This document shows positions 22,547 through 32,585 of a stretch of DNA of 64,000 bases, one piece after another (the first letter of the stretch is position 1; each line of letters opens with the position of its first letter). Source of the stretch: Alphaproteobacteria bacterium (GTDB lineage: Bacteria > Pseudomonadota > Alphaproteobacteria > Bin95); the NCBI GenBank assembly GCA_965205265.1, contig CBDBGH010000003.1, positions 2,304,001-2,368,000 of the forward strand. Reading direction: 5' to 3'. The notes under the pieces are model-generated. The model was not told where the DNA came from and did no database searches. It was given only the letters and a program-made list of their open reading frames with translations. The position numbers and the translations under genes are program-made.

Positions 22547-24625
22547 TCAACTATCTGAAAACATTGACATCTGATCCCGGCATGAAGTGCGACGCGGGCC
22601 TTTCCTTTGTGCCAGGGCGTGAGCAACGCTCTCTGAATGGAGGTCCGCGGCTCTGATCTGCCAAGGCGCTCGGGGAACGAGCTGCGTGGCGGGTAGCGTT
22701 CCATCCTCGATGAGGCGCCTGAGCGTATGGCTGGTGGTGCCCAACTCGTTCGCCGCCTCGGTCATGGTGTACCAATCGCCCTGCTTGTCCGCTGAGAGAT
22801 AGCCGTCGATCCCGTTCACGCGACGGATCGATCCGACCCGCTTGCCGGTCCAGCTCTTGTGCTGGCCGGTCCGCATGCCCATCCGGTTGAGAGACGCAGC
22901 GATATGTTCGTCCGACCACCGCCCGGCCATGCTGCGTATCACCGCCAGCGCTTCCTCGGGCGTTCGGCAGCCATGTTCACCGGTTCTGGGCTTTCGAACC
23001 CGCAATCGGGAATGGCGGCCACCGACCCAGTGGATCGTCAGCAGGACTTCGCGCGCTTCCTCGTCGACATCGGCGACGATGCCGGCGATCAGGGTGCGTA
23101 CGAGCCGCTGGCGGGCACGCATGCTCACCCCCGGCGCGTTCCAGGCTGCCTTCAGGTCATCGGCAAGCCCGGCCAGATCCGGTCCCGAGGGCTGCGGTGA
23201 CGGCGACCGCATTGCCTCCAGCCGCGCTTCGCACACCTGGACGCGGCGAAGCGCCGCCTCCCAACTCTTCTCCAGCTCGGCGGCAATCAACCGGTTGTCC
23301 GGATCGCAGGCGGCATAGCGCCGCTCGGCGAGTGATGCTTCGTAGCGGGCTTGCTGCAGGTCCAGCTCGGCCACTCGCTGTTGTTCGCTCAGGCCCTCCA
23401 CCTTCACCCGCTCGGCCTTCAAGGAGGCTTCCACGGCCAAGGGCTCGACGACCCCGATGATCTCATCGGCAATGGCGGCATCCACACGCGCGCCGCCGAA
23501 CCTCAGACAGCGATCGAGCCCGAGCTGGAGGTGTTGCCGGTTGCAGAAATAAACAGGATTGCCCGGTGATTGCCCAGCATAGGCGACTGACATTGAGCGG
23601 CCGCAGCGCCCACAGCTGAGAAGTCCGCTCAGCAGCGCCCGTCCGCCGCGCCCGGACTTCGCGCCGCCGGACCAGCCGAAGGCGTTGGCGGCGAGTTGCG
23701 CCTGGTTGCGCTCGAACTCCGCCCAATCGATGTAGCCCTCGTGATGGTCCTTCAGCATGACCTCCCATTCCGCCATCGGTCTCCGGTGGCCATAGCTTTT
23801 GTGCACCCGCCCGTCGACGATCTCGGTTCGTTGTTCGCTTTTGCCGTAGGCATAGACACCAGCGTAGAAGGGGTTCTTCAATACCGAAATCACATTGCGA
23901 TAGCGGATCGGCGTCCAGTCGAAGCTAACCGTTGTCCTGCCATCTGACGGGCGCGGGAAGCAATGCTGCTGCTCGACCAGCGTCAACAGGACCTGCCGCG
24001 CGCTGCCCAGCTCGCGAAATCGGGCGAATATCTGACGGATCGCTTCCTGAACCCGAATGTCAGGATCCAGCCCCAGCCCGCCTTGGGGATGCCACACGTA
24101 ACCGATCGGGACGCTGATGCGAAGCTCGCCGCGCGCTGCCTTGGATCGGGCGGCGTCGAGCATCCGTGCGCGGAGAACGCCGAGTTCGAACTCACTGATC
24201 TGGCCCTTAAGTCCGAGCAGCAAGCGGTCGTTTGGGTGGCGAGGATCATAGATGCCATCCAGGTCGATGACGCGGGCCTCCACGAGACCGCAGAGCTCGA
24301 GCAGATGGTGCCAGTCCCGGCCGTTGCGGGAGATGCGAGACGCCTCGAAGCAAAGTACCGCTCCGACGTCCCCGGCACACAGCCAGGCGACGAGACGCTC
24401 GAAACCCGGCCGTGCGATGGCGCCACTCGCCGACAGGCCCAGATCTTCGTCGATGACCTCAACCCGGGCGAAACCGTGCCCGCGCGCCACGTTGACGAGA
24501 TCGTATTGGCGGCGCTGGCTCTCGAGATTGTTCCGCATCTGCTGGGGCGTGGACTGACGGACATAAACCACGGCCTTGCGCGTCAACACCGATCGCGGCA
24601 ACGCATCAGAGGTGCTCATCGTCAT
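22547..24625 (-). CDS. Large serine recombinase (resolvase + recombinase + Zn ribbon + C-terminal HTH)
   Basis: YVRQST, SRISRN, LKNPFYAG, LLSCGRCG, coiled coil. Confidence 0.95.
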   Translation of the reverse strand: MTMSTSDALPRSVLTRKAVVYVRQSTPQQMRNNLESQRRQYDLVNVARGHGFARVEVIDEDLGLSASGAIARPGFERLVAWLCAGDVGAVLCFEASRISRNGRDWHHLLELCGLVEARVIDLDGIYDPRHPNDRLLLGLKGQISEFELGVLRARMLDAARSKAARGELRISVPIGYVWHPQGGLGLDPDIRVQEAIRQIFARFRELGSARQVLLTLVEQQHCFPRPSDGRTTVSFDWTPIRYRNVISVLKNPFYAGVYAYGKSEQRTEIVDGRVHKSYGHRRPMAEWEVMLKDHHEGYIDWAEFERNQAQLAANAFGWSGGAKSGRGGRALLSGLLSCGRCGRSMSVAYAGQSPGNPVYFCNRQHLQLGLDRCLRFGGARVDAAIADEIIGVVEPLAVEASLKAERVKVEGLSEQQRVAELDLQQARYEASLAERRYAACDPDNRLIAAELEKSWEAALRRVQVCEARLEAMRSPSPQPSGPDLAGLADDLKAAWNAPGVSMRARQRLVRTLIAGIVADVDEEAREVLLTIHWVGGRHSRLRVRKPRTGEHGCRTPEEALAVIRSMAGRWSDEHIAASLNRMGMRTGQHKSWTGKRVGSIRRVNGIDGYLSADKQGDWYTMTEAANELGTTSHTLRRLIEDGTLPATQLVPRAPWQIRAADLHSESVAHALAQRKGPRRTSCRDQMSMFSDS

Positions 24626-24791
24626 CCTCCTTCACCGCGAAATCCGCCGCTTCCAGAAGCAGCCCGGCCAGCGCGCCCACGACCGCGTCGCGTTCCTCCC
24701 GGTTCAGGCCACGCAGCGCCGGTGTGTCCAACAGCATGCTGAGCTGTCGGAACTCGCCCGGCGGCCTCGCCGGTACAGCCAAAGACTTCAT
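24606..24791 (-). CDS. Small accessory protein upstream of recombinase
   Basis: Mirror of 25826-26011. Confidence 0.6.
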   Translation of the reverse strand: MKSLAVPARPPGEFRQLSMLLDTPALRGLNREERDAVVGALAGLLLEAADFAVKEDDDEHL

Positions 24792-25418
24792 TGAGCTCCT
24801 CCTCACTAACCGTCCCGTCAGCGGAGGAGCTTCGTCTAAAACCCTGGCCGACGAGAACCTCGTGAAGCGCGGCAAGAGCGGCCAGGGATACACGCGGCGC
24901 GCCGATCTCCATGCCGGCGCATGACGCAGGATCGAGCGACCAGGCGGGAATCTTGATGACCAGCCCGGGCTCTACCTCGACAGAGGCCATGAGGCCGTCG
25001 GCACGCTGTTCGATAACTTCAAGGCGGACACGGCGGCCGAAATGGGCATGCCACGGGTAATGGATGACGCAGTCCTGCCCGACATGGGCAGAATGAATGC
25101 ACGATCGCCCTCGGCCGCAAATCCTGGCTGTTCGCCGGCTCCGACCGCGGCGGCAGGCGCGCCGCGGCCATGTATACCCTCATCGGAACCGCCAAGCTCA
25201 ACAACGTCGATCCCCAGGCCTGGCTCGCCGATGTCCTGCGCCGGATCGCGGAGACGCCGCAGAGCCGGCTCGGCGAACTCCTTCCATGGAACCGGCAGGA
25301 CAGCCAGCGGCACGATAACGCCGCATAGCCAGACAAGCCCGCCCGATCCGTCCCGATCAACAGCACCCCGCAGACAAACTCAAACCGACATACCCTGCGG
25401 TCCTTGTCGGACGCTTAC

Positions 25419-25510
25419 AGTTTGGCGGTGCCGATGAGGGTATACATGGCCGCGGCGCGCCTGCCGCCGCGGTCGGAGCCGGCGAACAGCCAGGATTTGC
25501 GGCCGAGGGC
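25419..25510 (-). pseudogene. IS66 tnpC 3' fragment (ALGRKSWLF...TAKL)
   Basis: Near-identical to 25107-25198 (2 mismatches); cut by the right end of IS66 A. Confidence 0.8.
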
Positions 25511-25995
25511 GATCGTGCATTCATTCTGCCCATGTCGGGCAGGACTGCGTCATCCATTACCCGTGGCATGCCCATTTCGGCCGCCGTGTCCGCCTTGAAG
25601 TTATCGAACAGCGTGCCGACGGCCTCATGGCCTCTGTCGAGGTAGAGCCCGGGCTGGTCATCAAGATTCCCGCCTGGTCGCTCGATCCTGCGTCATGCGC
25701 CGGCATGGAGATCGGCGCGCCGCGTGTATCCCTGGCCGCTCTTGCCGCGCTTCACGAGGTTCTCGTCGGCCAGGGTTTTAGACGAAGCTCCTCCGCTGAC
25801 GGGACGGTTAGTGAGGAGGAGCTCAATGAAGTCTTTGGCTGTACCGGCGAGGCCGCCGGGCGAGTTCCGACAGCTCAGCATGCTGTTGGACACACCGGCG
25901 CTGCGTGGCCTGAACCGGGAGGAACGCGACGCGGTCGTGGGCGCGCTGGCCGGGCTGCTTCTGGAAGCGGCGGATTTCGCGGTGAAGGAGGATGA
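25511..25995 (+). CDS. Accessory ORF1; its upstream start would be supplied by the circle junction
   Basis: Frame open from the element end (SCIHSAHVGQDCVIHYPWHAHFG...IPAWSLD); internal ATG at 25627. Confidence 0.6.
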
Positions 25996-26011
25996 CGATG
26001 AGCACCTCTGA
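25826..26011 (+). CDS. Small accessory protein (61 aa)
   Basis: GAGGAG RBS; MKSLAVP...RQLSMLLD...LAGLLLEAA; overlaps recombinase start. Confidence 0.65.
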   Translation: MKSLAVPARPPGEFRQLSMLLDTPALRGLNREERDAVVGALAGLLLEAADFAVKEDDDEHL

Positions 26012-28070
26012 TGCGTTGCCGCGATCGGTGTTGACGCGCAAGGCCGTGGTTTATGTCCGTCAGTCCACGCCCCAGCAGATGCGGAACAATCTCGAGAGCC
26101 AGCGCCGCCAATACGATCTCGTCAACGTGGCGCGCGGGCACGGTTTCGCCCGGGTTGAGGTCATCGACGAAGATCTGGGCCTGTCGGCGAGTGGCGCCAT
26201 CGCACGGCCGGGTTTCGAGCGTCTCGTCGCCTGGCTGTGTGCCGGGGACGTCGGAGCGGTACTTTGCTTCGAGGCGTCTCGCATCTCCCGCAACGGCCGG
26301 GACTGGCACCATCTGCTCGAGCTCTGCGGTCTCGTGGAGGCCCGCGTCATCGACCTGGATGGCATCTATGATCCTCGCCACCCAAACGACCGCTTGCTGC
26401 TCGGACTTAAGGGCCAGATCAGTGAGTTCGAACTCGGCGTTCTCCGCGCACGGATGCTCGACGCCGCCCGATCCAAGGCAGCGCGCGGCGAGCTTCGCAT
26501 CAGCGTCCCGATCGGTTACGTGTGGCATCCCCAAGGCGGGCTGGGGCTGGATCCTGACATTCGGGTTCAGGAAGCGATCCGTCAGATATTCGCCCGATTT
26601 CGCGAGCTGGGCAGCGCGCGGCAGGTCCTGTTGACGCTGGTCGAGCAGCAGCATTGCTTCCCGCGCCCGTCAGATGGCAGGACAACGGTTAGCTTCGACT
26701 GGACGCCGATCCGCTATCGCAATGTGATTTCGGTATTGAAGAACCCCTTCTACGCTGGTGTCTATGCCTACGGCAAAAGCGAACAACGAACCGAGATCGT
26801 CGACGGGCGGGTGCACAAAAGCTATGGCCACCGGAGACCGATGGCGGAATGGGAGGTCATGCTGAAGGACCATCACGAGGGCTACATCGATTGGGCGGAG
26901 TTCGAGCGCAACCAGGCGCAACTCGCCGCCAACGCCTTCGGCTGGTCCGGCGGCGCGAAGTCCGGGCGCGGCGGACGGGCGCTGCTGAGCGGACTTCTCA
27001 GCTGTGGGCGCTGCGGCCGCTCAATGTCAGTCGCCTATGCTGGGCAATCACCGGGCAATCCTGTTTATTTCTGCAACCGGCAACACCTCCAGCTCGGGCT
27101 CGATCGCTGTCTGAGGTTCGGCGGCGCGCGTGTGGATGCCGCCATTGCCGATGAGATCATCGGGGTCGTCGAGCCCTTGGCCGTGGAAGCCTCCTTGAAG
27201 GCCGAGCGGGTGAAGGTGGAGGGCCTGAGCGAACAACAGCGAGTGGCCGAGCTGGACCTGCAGCAAGCCCGCTACGAAGCATCACTCGCCGAGCGGCGCT
27301 ATGCCGCCTGCGATCCGGACAACCGGTTGATTGCCGCCGAGCTGGAGAAGAGTTGGGAGGCGGCGCTTCGCCGCGTCCAGGTGTGCGAAGCGCGGCTGGA
27401 GGCAATGCGGTCGCCGTCACCGCAGCCCTCGGGACCGGATCTGGCCGGGCTTGCCGATGACCTGAAGGCAGCCTGGAACGCGCCGGGGGTGAGCATGCGT
27501 GCCCGCCAGCGGCTCGTACGCACCCTGATCGCCGGCATCGTCGCCGATGTCGACGAGGAAGCGCGCGAAGTCCTGCTGACGATCCACTGGGTCGGTGGCC
27601 GCCATTCCCGATTGCGGGTTCGAAAGCCCAGAACCGGTGAACATGGCTGCCGAACGCCCGAGGAAGCGCTGGCGGTGATACGCAGCATGGCCGGGCGGTG
27701 GTCGGACGAACATATCGCTGCGTCTCTCAACCGGATGGGCATGCGGACCGGCCAGCACAAGAGCTGGACCGGCAAGCGGGTCGGATCGATCCGTCGCGTG
27801 AACGGGATCGACGGCTATCTCTCAGCGGACAAGCAGGGCGATTGGTACACCATGACCGAGGCGGCGAACGAGTTGGGCACCACCAGCCATACGCTCAGGC
27901 GCCTCATCGAGGATGGAACGCTACCCGCCACGCAGCTCGTTCCCCGAGCGCCTTGGCAGATCAGAGCCGCGGACCTCCATTCAGAGAGCGTTGCTCACGC
28001 CCTGGCACAAAGGAAAGGCCCGCGTCGCACTTCATGCCGGGATCAGATGTCAATGTTTTCAGATAGTTGA
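25992..28070 (+). CDS. Large serine recombinase
   Basis: Same 692-aa translation as copy 1. Confidence 0.95.
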   Translation: MTMSTSDALPRSVLTRKAVVYVRQSTPQQMRNNLESQRRQYDLVNVARGHGFARVEVIDEDLGLSASGAIARPGFERLVAWLCAGDVGAVLCFEASRISRNGRDWHHLLELCGLVEARVIDLDGIYDPRHPNDRLLLGLKGQISEFELGVLRARMLDAARSKAARGELRISVPIGYVWHPQGGLGLDPDIRVQEAIRQIFARFRELGSARQVLLTLVEQQHCFPRPSDGRTTVSFDWTPIRYRNVISVLKNPFYAGVYAYGKSEQRTEIVDGRVHKSYGHRRPMAEWEVMLKDHHEGYIDWAEFERNQAQLAANAFGWSGGAKSGRGGRALLSGLLSCGRCGRSMSVAYAGQSPGNPVYFCNRQHLQLGLDRCLRFGGARVDAAIADEIIGVVEPLAVEASLKAERVKVEGLSEQQRVAELDLQQARYEASLAERRYAACDPDNRLIAAELEKSWEAALRRVQVCEARLEAMRSPSPQPSGPDLAGLADDLKAAWNAPGVSMRARQRLVRTLIAGIVADVDEEAREVLLTIHWVGGRHSRLRVRKPRTGEHGCRTPEEALAVIRSMAGRWSDEHIAASLNRMGMRTGQHKSWTGKRVGSIRRVNGIDGYLSADKQGDWYTMTEAANELGTTSHTLRRLIEDGTLPATQLVPRAPWQIRAADLHSESVAHALAQRKGPRRTSCRDQMSMFSDS

Positions 28071-28100
28071 AGAGGGGGTGCAGAATGACTCCATCGTCGC

Positions 28101-29414
28101 GATCGGCCTCATTGCGCGTTCGGCGGGGTTGTTGTCGATCTCGAGGAAGCCGTGCTCGAGATAGGGTCGAAGGCGCTTCATCCGGGTCAGGGCATGACGG
28201 ATCGCCGCTGCCAGCGGGGTCTTGGCGGAGATTCTGGGCAGCTGCGATTGCAGCCACCGCTCCAGCTCGTCGAGGCACGGCGCGGCCTTGGCCTGGCGGA
28301 TGGCCGCGCGGTTCTCGGGCGGCTGCCCGCGGGCCTCCTTCTCGATAGCGTAGAGGGCGGCGATCCGTTCCAGCGCCTCGGCGGCGATCGCCGAGCCCTG
28401 GGCGGCATGGACGTCGAAGAACTTGCGTCGCACATGCGCCAGACAGGCCACCTCGCGGACCGGCCCGGCGCGCGCCAGCGCACCGAACCCGGCATAGCCG
28501 TCCGAGTGCATCCAGCCGGCGAAGCCTTCAAGATGCGCCTTCGGATGCGCCGCCTTGCGGTCGGCCGAGAAGCGGTACCAGGCCGCCGGCGGCGCCTCGC
28601 CAGCCCAGGGCCGCTCGTCCCGCACGTAGGTCCAGGCCCGGCCGGTCGCCGTTTTGCCGGTTCCCGGCGCCAGCAGCTTGACCGGGGTGTCGTCGGCGAA
28701 CAGGGCTTGTCCTTCCAGCACATGGCGCCCGATCGCATCGGCCAGGGGCTCCAGCAGCGCCGTCGCCTTGCCGACCCAGCCGGCGAGCGTCGAGCGGTCG
28801 AGCTCGACGCCGTCGCGGGCGAAGATGCGGGACTGGCGGTAGAGCGGCAGGTGATCGCAATACTTCGAGACCAGCACATGCGCCAGAAGGCCGGGGCCCG
28901 GTCGGCCGCGCTCGATCGGTCGCGGCGGCAGCGGCGCCTGGTGGAACTTCTCGCAGCCGCCGCAGGCCAGGCGCGGACGGACGATGCGCTTCACCACGAA
29001 GCGGCCGGGGATGTACTCCAGCTCCTCCGTCACATCCTCGCCGAGCCGCTTGAGACGGCCGCCGCAGTCCGCGCAGCGCTCGCCCGGCGCGAGAACCGTC
29101 TCCTCGCGCGGCAGGTGGTCCGGCAGGGGACGGCGCTTCGGCTGCTTCTTCGTGGCGGGCGTCGGCTCGGTCGGCGCCTCGGCCGCCCGCGCGATCTCCT
29201 CGTCCTCCAGCCCGAGCTCAAGCTGGTCGAGGGCCTCCGAGGTGACGCCGAAGCGCTGCCGCCGCAGACCCGCAAGCTGGTGCCTGAGCTTCTCGATCAA
29301 CAGATCGCGGTTGCGCAGCTCGGCGTCCCGTGCCGCCAGTTCGGCCCGCGAGGCCAGCACCATCGCCTTCAACGCGGCGATGTCGTCGGGCAGGGAATGG
29401 GCCGCTTCGAGCAT
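28101..29414 (-). pseudogene. tnpC: IS66 TnpC cut at RPIA| by recombinase element
   Basis: KYCDHLPLYRQ, ADDTPV, CLAHVRRKF, IDNNPAERAMRPIA. Confidence 0.9.
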
Positions 29415-29488
29415 GGCCGCATCCTACCCGAAGGGGCCGACAAAGGGAAGCCCGAATGACAGTCAACCCATTGTTTATAAACGGTGAA

Positions 29489-29836
29489 TCAGCCCGCGGC
29501 CAGCGGTCTCCAGGTGCGAACCGGCGCCCGCCAGTCGATCCCCTCAAGCAGCATCGACAGCTGCGCCGGCGTCACCGACACCTTCCCTTCCGATGCCGAC
29601 GGCCACACGAAGCGGCCGCGCTCCAGACGCTTCGAGAACAGGCACGCACCCTGGCCGTCCCACCAGATCATCTTGATCAGGTCGCCCCGGCGGCCGCGGT
29701 AGATGAAGAGATGGCCGCAATGCGGATCCGCCTTCAATACCCGCTCCGCCTGCGCCGCGAGACCGGGGAACCCCTTGCGCATGTCGGTCACGCCGCAGGC
29801 CAGCCATACCCGGGTCGAGGAGGGAACCGGGATCAT
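29489..29836 (-). CDS. tnpB: IS66 TnpB
   Basis: [22 protein letters not shown]...LLEGIDW. Confidence 0.92.
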   Translation of the reverse strand: MIPVPSSTRVWLACGVTDMRKGFPGLAAQAERVLKADPHCGHLFIYRGRRGDLIKMIWWDGQGACLFSKRLERGRFVWPSASEGKVSVTPAQLSMLLEGIDWRAPVRTWRPLAAG

Positions 29837-30178
29837 CCGCCAAGCGCCCGCACCACCCGGCACAGCGCGTCCGCGTCGAACGACCCGAACGCGCTCACCC
29901 GGTGGCCGTTCGACAACGCGATCTCGATCCGACCGTCCGATGCCGCGGCCGGCTCCAACGGCGGCGCATCGGGCACCACCTCCACCGGCAGGAAGGACGG
30001 CGCCTCCCCGGCATCGGCCGCCGGCCTGTAACGGGGATCGCGCCGCCAGGTGAAGATCAGGTTGGCGTTGACGTCTGCGGCGCGCCACAACCGACACCGA
30101 GACACCGGGAGCGTAGCTCTGCGCCACGATCCGGCGCTTCTCGTCGTCCGACCAGAACCGGCGTACCCGACGTGGCAC
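29833..30178 (-). pseudogene. tnpA: IS66 TnpA, frameshifted
   Basis: RRFWSDDEK...VARR and [10 protein letters not shown] lie in different frames. Confidence 0.8.
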
Positions 30179-30417
30179 CGCAGCCCCCTAAGATAGTGTC
30201 CATTAGCCGATAATGGACACTATCGACCTCCGGAACCTCACCAGAGACTGCGGCTCCAAGCCGTCTCGCCACAAGGGCGGTCACGCCAGACGCTTACGAG
30301 AAACCGGCAAGGACAGCGATGCGAAATCGTAAGCGATGGAGTGGACGCCCCTCCCGACGGCATCGCAATGTGCCAGGTTGACGGTGTTGTAAACGCCAAG
30401 AGAGGAAAGGGGCGTCC

Positions 30418-31440
30418 ATGGAACAGGTTAGCATGATCGGGATCGATCTCGCGAAGAACAGCTTTCAGCTTCACGGTGCGCGACCCGAAGGATCGGTCGC
30501 GTTCCGGAAGAAGCTGAGCCGGGGTAAGGTGCTGGGGTTTCTGGCCTCGCAGCAGCCCTGCACAGTTGCGATGGAAGCCTGCGGCGGCGCGCATCATTGG
30601 GGTCGTGAGATTGGGCGTCTGGGCCATGCGGTGCGGTTGGTTCCGCCGGCCTACGTGAAGGCCTACGTCAAGCGACAGAAGAACGATGCGGCGGATGCGG
30701 AGGCGATCTGCGAGGCGGCATCGCGTCCGACGATGAGTTTTGTGGCGGTGAAGACGGTCGAGCAGCAGGCCCGTGGCATGCTGTTCCGCACGCGCGATCT
30801 GCTGGTGCGCCAGCGGACCCAGACGATCAACGCGCTTCGCGGCCACCTGGCGGAGTTCGGTGTCATTGCTCCCCAGGGCCCGGTTCATGTCGAGCGTCTG
30901 GCGTCGGCGCTTGAAGACCCGGACCTGGATCTGCCGGATGCGGTCCGCGAGCTGGCCGGCCTTCTGTTGAACCAGATTGGCGGGCTTGGCGAGAAGATCG
31001 ATGGCCTTGACGGGGAAATCCGGGCGGCGGCTCGGCAGGACGACGAGGTACGTCGTCTGATGACGGTGCCGGGGATCGGCCCGATCACTGCGATGGCGGT
31101 TCAGGCCTTCGCGCCGCCGATGGAGACCTTCCGGCGCGGACGGGACTTCGCCGCCTGGCTCGGCCTGGTGCCGCGCCAGCACACGACCGGCGGCAAGCCG
31201 CGGCTGGGCAAGATATCGAAGATGGGCCAACGCGATCTGAGACGGCTGCTGATTACAGGCGCCATGGCGGTCGTTCGCTGGGCGGCTCGGCGCGGCAGGA
31301 CGAACGATCCATGGCTTGCCAGGATGCTGGCGCGCAAGCCGCGTATGCTGGTCGCCGTGGCGCTGGCCAACCGGATGGCGCGCATCGTCTGGGCGCTGAT
31401 GATGAAGAAGGAGAGTTACCGGGCTCCCGCCGCCGCCTGA
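30418..31440 (+). CDS. IS110/IS1111 DEDD recombinase
   Basis: GIDLAK, MEACG, KNDAADAEAI, PGIGP, WLGLVP. Confidence 0.96.
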   Translation: MEQVSMIGIDLAKNSFQLHGARPEGSVAFRKKLSRGKVLGFLASQQPCTVAMEACGGAHHWGREIGRLGHAVRLVPPAYVKAYVKRQKNDAADAEAICEAASRPTMSFVAVKTVEQQARGMLFRTRDLLVRQRTQTINALRGHLAEFGVIAPQGPVHVERLASALEDPDLDLPDAVRELAGLLLNQIGGLGEKIDGLDGEIRAAARQDDEVRRLMTVPGIGPITAMAVQAFAPPMETFRRGRDFAAWLGLVPRQHTTGGKPRLGKISKMGQRDLRRLLITGAMAVVRWAARRGRTNDPWLARMLARKPRMLVAVALANRMARIVWALMMKKESYRAPAAA

Positions 31441-31690
31441 CAGGGCGGCCGGACGGGTAGCTGTCGGGGACGCGGGCAGGTCTGAGGAAAGGCAAGGGCA
31501 AACGGTCAATCGAGACGGGATCGGGAAAACCAGTTCAGCTCCGCAGGGCCGTTGAGCTCGCGTAAGCGATTTGGACCCGGTCCGCGCATCTCCATGAGGG
31601 CCCGCGGCGCGTGACCTGCCGCATTGAGAGGCCGGACACACGACAGCGCCTGACCGCGCGCCGAGCCGCCCGAAGAAAATGCTTGCGTCA
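31441..31690 (+). ncRNA. Putative seekRNA/bridge RNA region
   Basis: Contains CGTAAGCG (target flank), CTCCAT and ACACACG (element ends). Confidence 0.7.
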
Positions 31691-31775
31691 CCAGGGGCGT
31701 CCACACACGGGGCGAGCGGGGCACCTTCCAGGTTCGGTTCTGATTTGAGATTCACGCCTGCGAGTTGGGCAGGAG

Positions 31776-32180
31776 GTGAGTTTCACATTGTTGGGCTCAG
31801 TTGAGACACACAGGACGGTTGAAGTGCTTCCGGCGCGTGGCGGACGTCGTCGCTGGCCGGACGAAGTGAAGGCTCGGATTGTAGCGGAGACGCTGGAGCC
31901 TGGGGCGACGGTGCGCGCCGTTGCGCGGCGATACGATGTTCATTCGAACCAGCTGACGAGCTGGCGGCGTCTGGCGCGGGATGGGCGTCTTGTTTTGCCT
32001 GCGGCGGAAGCGGGCGTGGAGTTTGCGCCGCTTGTGGTGCGGGCTGAAGGGCGCGGCGGTGCCGAGGTGAGCGGCGCGCGTGTGGAAGTGGTCCTGGACC
32101 GGGTTACGGTCCGTCTGGACGCGGCGGTGCCGGCGGTCCGGCTGGCGGAGATCGTCTCTGCGCTGAACGCGTCGTCATGA
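31776..32180 (+). CDS. tnpA: IS66 TnpA
   Basis: RRRWPDEVKARIVAE...VARRY. Confidence 0.88.
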   Translation: MSFTLLGSVETHRTVEVLPARGGRRRWPDEVKARIVAETLEPGATVRAVARRYDVHSNQLTSWRRLARDGRLVLPAAEAGVEFAPLVVRAEGRGGAEVSGARVEVVLDRVTVRLDAAVPAVRLAEIVSALNASS

Positions 32181-32530
32181 TCTTCCCCTCGAACCGGGTG
32201 CGGATCATGGTCGCGACGAAGCCCGTCGACTTCAGGAAGCAGCACGACGGTCTTGTGGCCTATGTGAAGAGCGCGCTGCGCCGTGACCCGTTCACGGGCA
32301 CGGTGTTCGTGTTCCGGGCGAAGCGCAGCGACAGGCTGAAGCTGATCTACTGGGACGGGACCGGCCTGGTCATGGTCTACAAGCGCCTGGAGGAGCAAGG
32401 CTTTGTGTGGCCGGCGATCCGGGACGGGGCGATGACGTTGAACCATGCGCAGTTCGAGGCCTTGTTCGCGGGCCTGGACTGGCGTCGCGTGCGGGCGCTG
32501 TCGGTCAGGGCGCCGGCCGAGGCGGAATGA
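32177..32530 (+). CDS. tnpB: IS66 TnpB
   Basis: PVDFRK, YWDGTG, KRLE. Confidence 0.92.
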   Translation: MIFPSNRVRIMVATKPVDFRKQHDGLVAYVKSALRRDPFTGTVFVFRAKRSDRLKLIYWDGTGLVMVYKRLEEQGFVWPAIRDGAMTLNHAQFEALFAGLDWRRVRALSVRAPAEAE

Positions 32531-32585
32531 CTCACCGCACGGATCGCGGCCTGCGGCTCCGCGACACTGTGCTATCGGGTGAGCC

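Larger units (their letters stand above)
22519..25108 (-). mobile_element. Large serine recombinase element, copy 1
   Basis: Inverted copy of 25511-28100; GC core at 22517-22518 and 25107-25108. Confidence 0.9.
21158..25330 (+). pseudogene. tnpC: IS66 transposase TnpC split at RGIA|LGRK by a 2590-bp insertion
   Basis: NNAAERALRGIA ends at 22518; LGRKSWLFAGS...ELLPWN resumes at 25109. Confidence 0.9.
20228..25418 (+). mobile_element. IS66 element A, interrupted by recombinase element
   Basis: GTAAGC...GCTTAC ends; tnpA-tnpB-tnpC order; no matching target duplication. Confidence 0.88.
25511..28100 (+). mobile_element. Large serine recombinase element, copy 2
   Basis: GC core at 25509-25510 and 28099-28100; terminal arms share GCAGAATGA as an inverted repeat. 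Confidence 0.9.
28101..30297 (-). mobile_element. IS66 element B (5' portion)
   Basis: GTAAGCGTCTGG end at 30297; frameshifted tnpA, tnpB, tnpC. Confidence 0.87.
30336..31709 (+). mobile_element. IS110 family (IS1111 group) element
   Basis: Sub-terminal IR GTGGACGCCCC / GGGGCGTCCAC; CG core; long downstream non-coding region. Confidence 0.92.
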
